Origin: Spirochaetota bacterium
GTDB lineage: Bacteria; Spirochaetota; UBA4802; UBA5550
Length of the DNA stretch: 64,000 nt
Assembly: GCA_035403545.1 (NCBI GenBank)
Contig: DAONFJ010000011.1
Location: 135 to 64,134 of the forward strand
Direction of reading: 5' to 3'
Position numbers and translations under genes: made by a program. The stretch's first letter is position 1; the number at the start of each line of letters is the position of its first letter. The notes under the pieces are model-generated. The model did not search any database and had not been told where the DNA came from. It saw only the letters and a list, made by a program, of their open reading frames with translations. This document shows, piece after piece, positions 16,633-25,780 of this stretch.

Positions 16633-17166
16633 ATGAATCTCAGAATTTTAAAACCAGTCGGTGCATTCTTTGAATCAGTCTTTGACAGGGCGGTATCAGC
16701 AGCCGGAGCACTTGTATTTATTCAGGTTCCCGCATTTTTAGTTCAGTATCAGCAGAGACTCGGCGGCCATGTTGATGAGCTGGCCCTTTTAATAAAAAAA
16801 TACAAATCTGCGGCTGCCGGCAACAGCAGAACTGTTGAAGAATATATCGGGCTCCATCTCCAGTCTGATGTTAAGGAATTTGTTTCAACCGGCAGAATAA
16901 TGGCTGATAATATGGACAGATTTACCGGTCTATCCGAAGCATTAAAAAATCTTTCCGGATCAAAGGGTCTGACAAAATTCTTTTATTTTATAAAAGATAT
17001 GGATATTGATATATGCAAAGCCGCATTTAAAAATTTTGTACCGGGTATTTCATTCCATTTCGACACTCTTCTTTATGGTGCGATGGGAATCATTGTTTTT
17101 ATGTCTATTTATTTTGTCATAAAAAAATCTTTACATTTTATAATAAGCATAATAAGAAATCATTAA
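16633..17166 (+). CDS. Hypothetical membrane protein (DUF2937-like from memory)
   Basis: FIQVPAFLVQYQQRLGGHVDEL resembles the N-terminal signature I recall for DUF2937. There is a C-terminal TM segment. ATG 16633 follows the queF stop with a 1-nt gap. Confidence 0.5.
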   Translation: MNLRILKPVGAFFESVFDRAVSAAGALVFIQVPAFLVQYQQRLGGHVDELALLIKKYKSAAAGNSRTVEEYIGLHLQSDVKEFVSTGRIMADNMDRFTGLSEALKNLSGSKGLTKFFYFIKDMDIDICKAAFKNFVPGISFHFDTLLYGAMGIIVFMSIYFVIKKSLHFIISIIRNH

Positions 17167-17254
17167 AACTCTGTAACCGGGATGATTCATCATTCCAATA
17201 TAAACCGGATGTATTGAAAACTTACCCTCGATCTAGTGAATACGGCAGGATAAA

Positions 17255-17857
17255 ATGAAAAAAAGTATATTTATTATAATCTCAATAATTATTATCTGTT
17301 GCGGATGTTCTGCTGATAAAAACATTAAAAATGAAATCCCGGATAAAATTGATGTGGTTATTGAACAGGATGGAAACATTGTAAACCTGATCGATGATAC
17401 TGCAGAGATCCGCAGAACAAGGTTTTCCATTAAATTTAAATTCACTCAACCGGATAGTATACTTATAAATGCATCCTTCCATCCTGAAACTTTTAATAAC
17501 GCGAAGGAAGGCCTTCCTCTCAATGAACTTGCAGGATTTAAAAATACAGGAATAGCTGAAGAACTTTTTAATAAAAACAGTGTTATATTCCTTTCATTTA
17601 ATTCACCCAATTTCTGGTACTATGCTGACGATTTCGATCATAGATTCAACAATGTCCAGAAAAGTGAAAACGGATATTTATGCACAAGAGAAATATCAGG
17701 TATAATTGATCTCGACGGAACGGGTGATAAGATTGATATTATCAGAATCAGGCAGAGTGAAATATTTCTGGTAATTATAAAAAGCGAATGGAACGAGGAC
17801 TATACCAAAATGATTGAAAAGAACCGGAAAATTATAAAATTGAAATTCATATTATAG
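17255..17857 (+). CDS. Hypothetical lipoprotein
   Basis: Signal peptide with the Cys cluster IIICCGCS, and an AGGA RBS. No other motif recognised. Confidence 0.55.
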   Translation: MKKSIFIIISIIIICCGCSADKNIKNEIPDKIDVVIEQDGNIVNLIDDTAEIRRTRFSIKFKFTQPDSILINASFHPETFNNAKEGLPLNELAGFKNTGIAEELFNKNSVIFLSFNSPNFWYYADDFDHRFNNVQKSENGYLCTREISGIIDLDGTGDKIDIIRIRQSEIFLVIIKSEWNEDYTKMIEKNRKIIKLKFIL

Positions 17858-17872
17858 GGGCCGCTAATAATA

Positions 17873-19123
17873 ATGAATACAAATGAAGGCCTGATATCTT
17901 TTGACCAGATGAAAACGCAGATTGAATCAGCATCAATTCAGTTATCTGATACTGCCGGTTCAAGCCCTGACCTGACTATTGAGTATCAGAAAGGACAAAC
18001 AAAAATAAAAGCAGCGATACCTCCTCTTACGGATATTATGCTTTTTGATTCTCTGGAAATTATTAAAAAACATATCGAGAATTTACGGATACTATCTTTT
18101 GAAAAAGGGCACTACAGCTTCCAGGCCCTTAACACTAATGTTTTTAACACCGAAAATATTACTGAAAATCTGAAAATTGATTTTTTCAGTATTGTTAATT
18201 CTTTTATAGAAGTAACAAAAAAGGGGAACCTATCGCAGGAAGAGATTAATTCGGTAATCGAAATTATCAGGAATGTGAATTCCGGCCTGCTTTTCAGTCC
18301 GGCAGACAGGCTCAAAGAACTCGGCGCATCTATTATGAGCGGAGAAAATACTCCTGACTGGGACTACATAGCCGGGTATGCAGATATAAAAAGAAAAATT
18401 AAAGAATCAATAATACTGCCGGTACAAAATCCCGAGATCTACGATACAATCGCCGGAATGACAAGAAAAAGTTTTGAGTCTAACAGGCCGAAGGCGATAC
18501 TTTTCGAAGGGCCTCCCGGTGTAGGCAAAACAACAGCTGCAAGAATAATTGCCGGAGAGAGCAGCCTCCCGCTTGTATATGTACCCGTTGAATCTATCAT
18601 GTCTAAATGGTACGGGCAGTCTTCAAAAAATCTTTCAGAAATTTTTGACATGTGCGACTTAATGGGTGGAGCTGTAATTTTTCTTGATGAGATTGATTCA
18701 CTCGCCGGATCGAGAGACCAGAATATGTTTGAAGCAACAAGAAGAATATTGTCAGTGCTGCTAAGAAAGCTCGATGGAATTGACTCCGCGGAAAAAACAT
18801 TAACGATCGGTGCAACCAACAGGATGAATGATCTTGACAGTGCGCTCTTAAGCAGGTTCGATCAGATTATAAAATTTCCCTACCCCAACACGGAGGAACG
18901 GGCTGCAATTTTCGGTAATTATGCAAGACAGCTTTCAGATGATGACTGCCTTCACCTTGGCACTAAAACTGAAACACTGACCGGAAGAAATATAAAAGAT
19001 ATCTGCGAGCTGGCGGAGAGAAGATGGGCAAGAAGGCTTATTATTCAAAAAGCAGAAATTGTTCCTCCCCCTTTTGATTACTACAGACAGTCGGTGCAGT
19101 TATGGAAAAATTCTATCATTTAA
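17873..19123 (+). CDS. AAA-family ATPase (classic clade) with a roughly 170-aa N-terminal domain of unknown function
   Basis: Walker A GPPGVGKT, Walker B IFLDEIDS, sensor-1 ATN and second region of homology LLSRFD. KWYGQSSKNL resembles Vps4/katanin/Msp1-type AAA proteins. Confidence 0.8.
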   Translation: MNTNEGLISFDQMKTQIESASIQLSDTAGSSPDLTIEYQKGQTKIKAAIPPLTDIMLFDSLEIIKKHIENLRILSFEKGHYSFQALNTNVFNTENITENLKIDFFSIVNSFIEVTKKGNLSQEEINSVIEIIRNVNSGLLFSPADRLKELGASIMSGENTPDWDYIAGYADIKRKIKESIILPVQNPEIYDTIAGMTRKSFESNRPKAILFEGPPGVGKTTAARIIAGESSLPLVYVPVESIMSKWYGQSSKNLSEIFDMCDLMGGAVIFLDEIDSLAGSRDQNMFEATRRILSVLLRKLDGIDSAEKTLTIGATNRMNDLDSALLSRFDQIIKFPYPNTEERAAIFGNYARQLSDDDCLHLGTKTETLTGRNIKDICELAERRWARRLIIQKAEIVPPPFDYYRQSVQLWKNSII

Positions 19124-19134
19124 TTTTTAAAAAT

Positions 19135-19269
19135 CTAAAGTCTTTTTAGAAGAAACTCAATCTCTTCATTATTGTTATCATCCATATTTTTTTTAATGAG
19201 AGATTCCCTGATCCTATCCATGTATTTTTTATTTTTCACAGCATCATTTATATTCTTAGCTTCGCGCAT
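19135..19269 (-). CDS. Possible 44-aa small protein (speculative)
   Basis: Reverse-strand ATG 19269 with AAGGGA 5 nt upstream. Translation MREAKNINDAVKNKKYMDRIRESLIKKNMDDNNNEEIEFLLKRL, stop TAG at 19135-19137. Below the track's size cut-off and without recognisable homology. Confidence 0.2.
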   Translation of the reverse strand: MREAKNINDAVKNKKYMDRIRESLIKKNMDDNNNEEIEFLLKRL

Positions 19270-19374
19270 ATAAATCCCTTAACAGATATTAGAAGTTTCA
19301 TCTGAAATTTAAAATTATCAATACTTAATATAATTAAAATAACGAAATATTTTTAAAACAAACTTAAACGAAGA

Positions 19375-19395
19375 AACGGCAGAAGTACTGCCGTT
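19375..19395 (-). terminator. Probable intrinsic terminator of the glucan phosphorylase gene
   Basis: Perfect 8-bp stem AACGGCAG / CTGCCGTT with a 5-nt loop. On the minus strand it is followed by the interrupted U-rich stretch TCTTCGTTTAAGTTTGTTTT. Confidence 0.45.
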
Positions 19396-19472
19396 GCTGT
19401 TGGTGTGATACTATTCAATATTAAAATTTATATTAAATAAGTCAAACAGATAAATAAAAATTTTAAAAAATT

Positions 19473-22031
19473 TCAAGCCCAGGTGAACGGAAGTTCCGGG
19501 TCGAACTTACGGGACATATTCCGGTTGTAGGGGATTACCCTTATACTGTATCCGAACCGTCCGGACTGGAGACATAACATTTGGCCCGTGTAATAATATA
19601 TTCCTTCCCCGTCACTCTGGCCTCTATCCATCGGTACCGCAACACCGTCAGCTATATCACCGAACTGATCCACTGAACCGAAGTAAAGTTCAACCAGCAC
19701 ATCCTCCTGAGAAATTTTTCCAAGACTAATTTTCGCGCTGACACGGAGAACAGAACCGACTGTAACGTTCGAATCATCCTCAATATGCATTTCAAGTACA
19801 TGAGCATCTGACCATACTTTTTTTATTTTCTCTTTCCATGCCGATAACTCTTTTGATATCTTAAGTTTATCTTTAAGGTATCCTGTATAATTAATATGAG
19901 CCTGGTGATAATATTTCTCCGTGTAGTCCTTCACCATTCTATTAGTATTAAATTCAGGTATTATACTCTTCATTGATTCTTTTATTTTAGTCAGCCACGC
20001 CTCCGGCAGACCGTCATCGGCTCTTGAATAAAAGAGTGGTATGATTTCCTCTTCAAGCAGATTATAAAGAGAGAGGCTTTCGACCTCATCCTGATAATTC
20101 TGATCATCATAAATTTCACCACTGCCGATAGCCCATCCATTGTTAGAGTTATACGCCTCGTCCCACCAGCCGTCAAGGATGCTGACATTTATTCCGCCAT
20201 TTGCCACAACCTTCATTCCGCTTGTACCTGAAGCTTCTTTAGGCCTGATAGGATTGTTCAGCCAGATGTCAACTCCCTGGACTATGTACCTCGCAACATT
20301 GATATCATAATCTTCAAGGAAAACAATTTTCTTCCTCAGTTTTTCATCACGCGAAGTATGTATAATCTCTTTTATAAATTCTTTACCCAGGGCATCCTTC
20401 GGGTGAGCTTTGCCTGAAAATACAATCTGCACCGGCCGTTTCTGTGATGATAAAATATTATAAAGCCTGTCCATATCTCTGAAAAGAAGAGTCGCCCGTT
20501 TGTAAGTTGCGAACCTCCTCGCGAAACCGATGGTCAGTGCTTCGGAGTCAAGTACTGAGCTTGCAACAACAGCCTGTTTCTTCGGGACACCTCTTGCTAA
20601 AAGCTGGTTATGTAGACGTTTTCTTGAAAAGCTTACAAGTCTTTCCCTGAGTCTCTCCCTGCATCTCCACAGCTCGGAGTCCGGAATATTATCAATTCCC
20701 TGCCATATTTCTTTTGAAGTCGGATTATCAATCCAGTCCGGGCCGAGATACCTGTTAAAAAGCCTCATCATTTCATCGGAAGTCCACGAAAGAGTCTGTA
20801 TTCCGTTTGTTATATGGCCGATCGGTACTTCATGGGCCGGGAGCTGCGGCCATATCCTGTTCCACATTTTTCTTGATACATCCCCATGAAGCTTTGAAAC
20901 GCCGTTGCATCCGAAAGCAGTTTTAATTGCCAGAACCGTCATGCAGAACTCTTCTTTTTTATCAAAAGGATTTTCTCTGCCCAGCGCCATGAATGAATCA
21001 GAAGCGATGCCGAGTTCTTTATATATATCTGTAAAATATTTATCGATCATCTCCGGGACAAAACGGTCATTCCCCGCAGGTACTGGCGTGTGCGTAGTAA
21101 AAAGGTTACTTGCAGTAACGTATGAAAGCGCTTCATTGAAAGTCATTCCGTGCTCTTTCATCTCAAGCCTTATTCTTTCAATTGCCAGAAATGCAGCATG
21201 CCCTTCATTCATATGGTAGACCGTTACATTAATCCCCATTGCCCTGAATGCTCTTACCCCTCCGATACCGAGCATTATCTCCTGTTTGATCCTCATCTCA
21301 TTATCGCCGCCGTAAAGCTGATCGGTGATAGTTCTGTCTTCAATGCTGTTACTATCAATATTTGTATCAAGAAGGAAAAGTTTAATCTTTCCGATGAGTA
21401 CCTGCCATATTCTTGCATATATCATTCTTCCGGGATATTCAACACCGATAGTTAAATGCCCGCCAGATTCATCAGTAACAGGACTTATAGGAATATTATA
21501 AAAATCTGTTTCAGGGTATCTCTCCTGCTGCCATCCGTCGAGATTCAGATACTGCCGGAAATAACCTAAACGGTAAAGAAGCCCCATCCCATAAAGCGGG
21601 ATTCCAATTTCACTTGCAGATTTCAGATGATCCCCTGCGAGGACTCCGAGTCCGCCCGAATAAACAGGAAGACATTCATGAATGCCGAATTCCGCAGAAT
21701 AATATGCTATAACCTGATGTTCGATATTTTCACTATTCTGGTCATACCATGAAACTCTAGTCATATGGCGTTCCAGTTCGTTTTCAACTCTATGCATATG
21801 AGCTACAAAACTTTCCGATTCAGCAGCTCTATCAAGCGCTCTTTGTGAAAGTGCCCCAAGAAAATTTACAGGGTTATGACCGACCTCCCGCCATAGATCT
21901 ACATCAATTCTTCTGAAAAGATCTATGGCTTCAAAATTCCAGACCCACCACAGGTTATTTGCAATCTTCATAAGAGGTTTAAGTCTTTCGGGAAGATAAG
22001 GCACAACTTTAAATTCTCTGATTTTTTTCAT
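19473..22031 (-). CDS. glgP: Alpha-glucan phosphorylase (GT35 family, GlgP type with a DUF3417-like N-terminus)
   Basis: The N-terminus FKVVPYLPERLKPL..LANNLWWVWN is typical of this subfamily. The PLP-lysine context is EASGTSGMKVVANGG. 852 aa. Confidence 0.9.
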   Translation of the reverse strand: MKKIREFKVVPYLPERLKPLMKIANNLWWVWNFEAIDLFRRIDVDLWREVGHNPVNFLGALSQRALDRAAESESFVAHMHRVENELERHMTRVSWYDQNSENIEHQVIAYYSAEFGIHECLPVYSGGLGVLAGDHLKSASEIGIPLYGMGLLYRLGYFRQYLNLDGWQQERYPETDFYNIPISPVTDESGGHLTIGVEYPGRMIYARIWQVLIGKIKLFLLDTNIDSNSIEDRTITDQLYGGDNEMRIKQEIMLGIGGVRAFRAMGINVTVYHMNEGHAAFLAIERIRLEMKEHGMTFNEALSYVTASNLFTTHTPVPAGNDRFVPEMIDKYFTDIYKELGIASDSFMALGRENPFDKKEEFCMTVLAIKTAFGCNGVSKLHGDVSRKMWNRIWPQLPAHEVPIGHITNGIQTLSWTSDEMMRLFNRYLGPDWIDNPTSKEIWQGIDNIPDSELWRCRERLRERLVSFSRKRLHNQLLARGVPKKQAVVASSVLDSEALTIGFARRFATYKRATLLFRDMDRLYNILSSQKRPVQIVFSGKAHPKDALGKEFIKEIIHTSRDEKLRKKIVFLEDYDINVARYIVQGVDIWLNNPIRPKEASGTSGMKVVANGGINVSILDGWWDEAYNSNNGWAIGSGEIYDDQNYQDEVESLSLYNLLEEEIIPLFYSRADDGLPEAWLTKIKESMKSIIPEFNTNRMVKDYTEKYYHQAHINYTGYLKDKLKISKELSAWKEKIKKVWSDAHVLEMHIEDDSNVTVGSVLRVSAKISLGKISQEDVLVELYFGSVDQFGDIADGVAVPMDRGQSDGEGIYYYTGQMLCLQSGRFGYSIRVIPYNRNMSRKFDPELPFTWA

Positions 22032-22233
22032 ATAGGAATCTCCGGAAAATGATTTAAAAAATTAATATGGTTGTCTGAAATTTTAGTATTTTTTATTTAA
22101 AAAATATAAAAATGAAATGTAAAAAGATTACTCCAGCTAATAATTAAGTAACTACTAAGCGCGGGATTTTCAACATTTATTATTGAAAAAATATGTTCGC
22201 TCCGGCAAATTTTCAATTGATCAGAATATCTGT

Positions 22234-23607
22234 TCAAAAAAGCGGTATATAAATTTTAAAATCCGCACCGCCGCTTCCGGACGAATCGACTGAAATAAAT
22301 CCTCTATGTCTTTTTAGAATTGTATAAGCAAGAGCCAGACCGAGGCCCTCTCTTCCAGGTTTTGTTGTTACATAAGGATCAAAAATTTCACCTGATGAAA
22401 TCGAGCCAAGGCCTGAACCATTATCAGTAACTGAGATTATTATATATCTGCCCGAAACGATGGAAGTTTCCCGGAACACAGCTTCTTTATCCACATCTCT
22501 CTCTTCTAATTCAATTGCTATCTCACCATCAGGCTTATCCGCTGCTTCTACAGCATTTTCTATAATATGTTTCACTGCTTCACCGATGAGTTCAGGATCA
22601 ATTTCAGGATGTGTCATCTCATCCTGAACAGTTATTTTATAGTGGCCCTTATAATCTGATAACACTTCAGGGATTATACTTTCAATCAATTTTTTTATAT
22701 TCGTCTTAACTTTCGCAGGTTTCATTCCCCGGGCGAACATCCCGAGTCTTTCGGTAAGCACTTTTATCTTAAGTGCGGCACTCTCGGCATCACGAAGCAG
22801 TTCATCAAGCTCACTATTATTTTCAGTATCCATTTTTGCCAGGGATATGTTCCCGAGAACCGCAGTAAGCGCATTATTGTAATCATGTGCAATACCGCCG
22901 GCGAAATTAGCAACTGCACTCATACGCCGGATTTTACGATTTAACTTGTTGATCTTTTTCTCTGCTGAGTTATCTATCAGATAACATAAAATTCCGGAAA
23001 ACTTACCGGCACTGCTGTGTATCGGTAAAACTTCCATATCATAGTAGCGTGAAATTCCATCGAAGTTAAACTGCACCTCGTCAATTTTCATACAATCAAT
23101 AATTTTATTTTTGTATAAATCAGCTGCTGAGTTGATTTTAGCGGTTCCAGTTTTGTCTGATATGATAGAAATATTCGAACCATAAATTTCTGATTTGTCT
23201 GCAACGGCCGTTTTGATTAATGAGCCGTTCATAAAAATAATATTCAGACAACTGTCCAGTTCCAGGTATAATGATGAAGATAATTTAATCATGTCAAAAA
23301 ATGTAGTGAACACTTCATTATCTTTTGCAAATCTTACAATTACAGATTCTGTGTCCTTATAAAAAATACTATCTATATGTTTAATCCCGTCAATTGAAGA
23401 GATGATTTTCTCCGGTATTGCAGGATCGTAAGAGATCTCTTTATCTGTTCCTGATAACCCTGTTATGCTGAGTCCCTTCAACTCGCGATTTAGCCCGTAA
23501 ATGTCACCCAGTATAACCAGAGCATTTTCATTATACCCGGTAATCATTCCATCTTTGCTGATTTCTACTGCACCATATCTTTCATTGAGTAAAATTTCCT
23601 CCCGCAC
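22234..23607 (-). CDS. Sensor histidine kinase (cytoplasmic, PAS-like N-terminus)
   Basis: H-box GGIAHDYNNALTAVLGNISLA and HATPase motifs (IIENAVEA, VTDNGSGL, GREGLGLALA). GTG start. Confidence 0.85.
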   Translation of the reverse strand: MREEILLNERYGAVEISKDGMITGYNENALVILGDIYGLNRELKGLSITGLSGTDKEISYDPAIPEKIISSIDGIKHIDSIFYKDTESVIVRFAKDNEVFTTFFDMIKLSSSLYLELDSCLNIIFMNGSLIKTAVADKSEIYGSNISIISDKTGTAKINSAADLYKNKIIDCMKIDEVQFNFDGISRYYDMEVLPIHSSAGKFSGILCYLIDNSAEKKINKLNRKIRRMSAVANFAGGIAHDYNNALTAVLGNISLAKMDTENNSELDELLRDAESAALKIKVLTERLGMFARGMKPAKVKTNIKKLIESIIPEVLSDYKGHYKITVQDEMTHPEIDPELIGEAVKHIIENAVEAADKPDGEIAIELEERDVDKEAVFRETSIVSGRYIIISVTDNGSGLGSISSGEIFDPYVTTKPGREGLGLALAYTILKRHRGFISVDSSGSGGADFKIYIPLF

Positions 23608-23627
23608 GGGAACCTCCGTCGCTCTGA

Positions 23628-24116
23628 CTACAAAATACTGAATTTATTCTTCAATCTCTCCATAACTTCAAGGGGATTACTCACAATTACTCTTGTCCCT
23701 GAAAGAACATCAAGAAATCCGACTTCATTTTTGTATCTTGGAACTATATGCTGATGAATATGAGATATACTCGCACCGCTCCCCTCACCCAGATTATAAC
23801 CGATGTTATATCCGGAAGGATTGAATTCCTCATCAATTATTGCAATAGTCTGCACAAGAAGGATGTGCATTTCTGCCGCTTCAGATTCTGTCAGTTCACC
23901 AATACGGCATATATGCCTTTTAGGGAAAATCATCACATGCCCCGGATTAAAAGGAAACAGATTCACTGCAATTATAAACTTTTCCGTTGTATGTACATTG
24001 AGGTTTTTAACTAGAGGGTCATTATCGCGTAAGGCGCAAAGTATGCACTCCACGGAGGGTTTATCTCCTTTTACATAATTTATCTTTTCTGTATTGAACA
24101 GATAACTTCTTTCCAA
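23628..24116 (-). CDS. HIT-family nucleotide hydrolase/transferase
   Basis: Histidine triad ISHIHQHIVPR and an N-terminal CILC zinc-type motif. TTG start. Confidence 0.8.
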   Translation of the reverse strand: MERSYLFNTEKINYVKGDKPSVECILCALRDNDPLVKNLNVHTTEKFIIAVNLFPFNPGHVMIFPKRHICRIGELTESEAAEMHILLVQTIAIIDEEFNPSGYNIGYNLGEGSGASISHIHQHIVPRYKNEVGFLDVLSGTRVIVSNPLEVMERLKNKFSIL

Positions 24117-24121
24117 TCAGT

Positions 24122-24550
24122 TTACTTTCTCCTTGAATACATATAAATTGAATATATTGACATAAAAATAACAATAACCCCACCCATCGACACCATTAGA
24201 ATATACATAAGATCCATTCTTTTGGCAAGAGATACTCTTTCTAAAGATTTTTCTTCCAGTATTGAAATCTTATGAGAGAGGAACCTTACTGTCATATCAT
24301 AATCCTTCAGCTCGGAAGCATATTTCACTTCCCTGAATAAACTTTCAGCTTCCGCATACATTGTAATAATATCATTACTATCAACATTTTTACTTTTTAA
24401 ATAATTAATCGATTCATCAATAGCTTTGAATCTTTTTTCAAAAGTAGAAAAATCTTTTTCTATGGTATCCGGTAATTCATTTTGTGAGAGAAGCGGAGTT
24501 CCTGTAAAAAAAATAAACAAAAGTCCTGAAATCATAAATTTTCTTATCAT
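24122..24550 (-). CDS. Hypothetical exported or membrane-anchored protein
   Basis: N-terminal signal peptide, a helical middle region and a C-terminal TM segment (MVSMGGVIVIFMSIYSIYMY). Confidence 0.5.
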   Translation of the reverse strand: MIRKFMISGLLFIFFTGTPLLSQNELPDTIEKDFSTFEKRFKAIDESINYLKSKNVDSNDIITMYAEAESLFREVKYASELKDYDMTVRFLSHKISILEEKSLERVSLAKRMDLMYILMVSMGGVIVIFMSIYSIYMYSRRK

Positions 24551-24595
24551 CGGAAAACCCCTTATTAAAAATTAGTAACAGCTCAATTTTGAGAT

Positions 24596-24638
24596 AAACT
24601 ATTTCCCCGGAGGCATTAATGCCGTGGTAAAATAGTTT
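24596..24638 (-). terminator. Compound hairpin downstream of pgpA (terminator or attenuator candidate)
   Basis: Outer stem AAACTATTT / AAATAGTTT encloses the perfect palindrome GGCATTAATGCC (24612-24623). No strong U-tract follows. Confidence 0.3.
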
Positions 24639-24677
24639 ACTACCAGTATTTGAATAACTAAAAAAACTATATTTTAA

Positions 24678-25169
24678 TTAAGGCAGAACTATATTATACA
24701 TATTAAAAAGATAAACCGCTGCATGCATAACCGCAAGAGTATAAAGGCCCGCAATAATATCATCCATCATAATCCCCAGGCCGCCTGTAAGCGATTCAAG
24801 TGAACGTGCCGGAAATGGTTTTATAATATCAAATATCCGAAAAAGAATAAAAGCTATAACTGCATATGTAAAACTGAAAGGTATAAAAAGAACCCCTATC
24901 CAGTAACCGAGCATTTCATCAAGAACAACATGCTGAGGGTCTTTTGATTTATAAAACTTTTCAGCAGCATCCCCAAGTTTTATCGATGGATATATTATCA
25001 GAATTATAAAGACAAGATTAAATAAATTCAATGAGGAGGAGTCAGTTTCGGAAAAAATAAGATTCTCCAGTATATAGAGAGCCGTCGCGACAAGTGTACC
25101 GGCAGTTCCCGGAGCTATCGGGGAATACCCGGAGTAGAATGCAGTGAAAAAAAACTCTTTGATTTTCAT
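24678..25169 (-). CDS. pgpA: Phosphatidylglycerophosphatase A
   Basis: GYSPIAPGTAGTLVA, DEMLGYWI and FRIFDIIKPFP are PgpA family signatures. Confidence 0.85.
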   Translation of the reverse strand: MKIKEFFFTAFYSGYSPIAPGTAGTLVATALYILENLIFSETDSSSLNLFNLVFIILIIYPSIKLGDAAEKFYKSKDPQHVVLDEMLGYWIGVLFIPFSFTYAVIAFILFRIFDIIKPFPARSLESLTGGLGIMMDDIIAGLYTLAVMHAAVYLFNMYNIVLP

Positions 25170-25780
25170 TCAGCCTCTTGATCTTCTATTTCTTTTTTTT
25201 CCGGAAAGAACAGCTGCCAGTTTGTAACAAGATATCTTACCCCGGAAAGCGCTGTCATCAGTGTTACGGTAAGCATTATCCAGTATGGAAGAGATTCATG
25301 AGTATCAAAAAATCCGCTCCTCTTTGACATGTATATCATTATAATTATTACAATGGAAAGCATCTGGAACGCCGTTTTAAACTTGCCGAATCTGCTGGTG
25401 TGTAGCGATCTTCCTTTTTTAATTGCCAGCCATCTCATCACAGTTATGAGAATATCTCTGCCTACAATAATTACAATCATCCATGAATCAAGTATTTCAA
25501 AATTAGGATCGATCACTATGATAGCGATAAGAGATGAAATCACGAGAAATTTATCGGCAATGGGATCAATAAACTTTCCAAACTCGGATTCCTGTTTCAG
25601 TTTTCGGGCTAACCATCCATCAATAAAATCGGTAAATGAAGCAAACATAAATATCAATAGGGCATACAATAAATATTCAACAGTTCTTATTGTTAAAAAA
25701 TAAATAATAAAAGGAATCAGAATAATTCTGAGATATGAAAAAATATTAGGTATGCTTAGTTTATCACCGGTCAGTTTCAA
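25166..25780 (-). CDS. pgsA: CDP-diacylglycerol--glycerol-3-phosphate 3-phosphatidyltransferase
   Basis: CDP-alcohol phosphatidyltransferase motif DFIDGWLARKLKQESEFGKFIDPIADK. Multiple TM segments. Overlaps both rimO and pgpA by 4 nt. Confidence 0.85.
   Translation of the reverse strand: MKLTGDKLSIPNIFSYLRIILIPFIIYFLTIRTVEYLLYALLIFMFASFTDFIDGWLARKLKQESEFGKFIDPIADKFLVISSLIAIIVIDPNFEILDSWMIVIIVGRDILITVMRWLAIKKGRSLHTSRFGKFKTAFQMLSIVIIIMIYMSKRSGFFDTHESLPYWIMLTVTLMTALSGVRYLVTNWQLFFPEKKEIEDQEAE

Noticed and set aside
18439-18819. 126-aa ORF antisense to the AAA ATPase core
   Set aside because: It is a shadow frame of the Walker A/B region of a clearly real gene.
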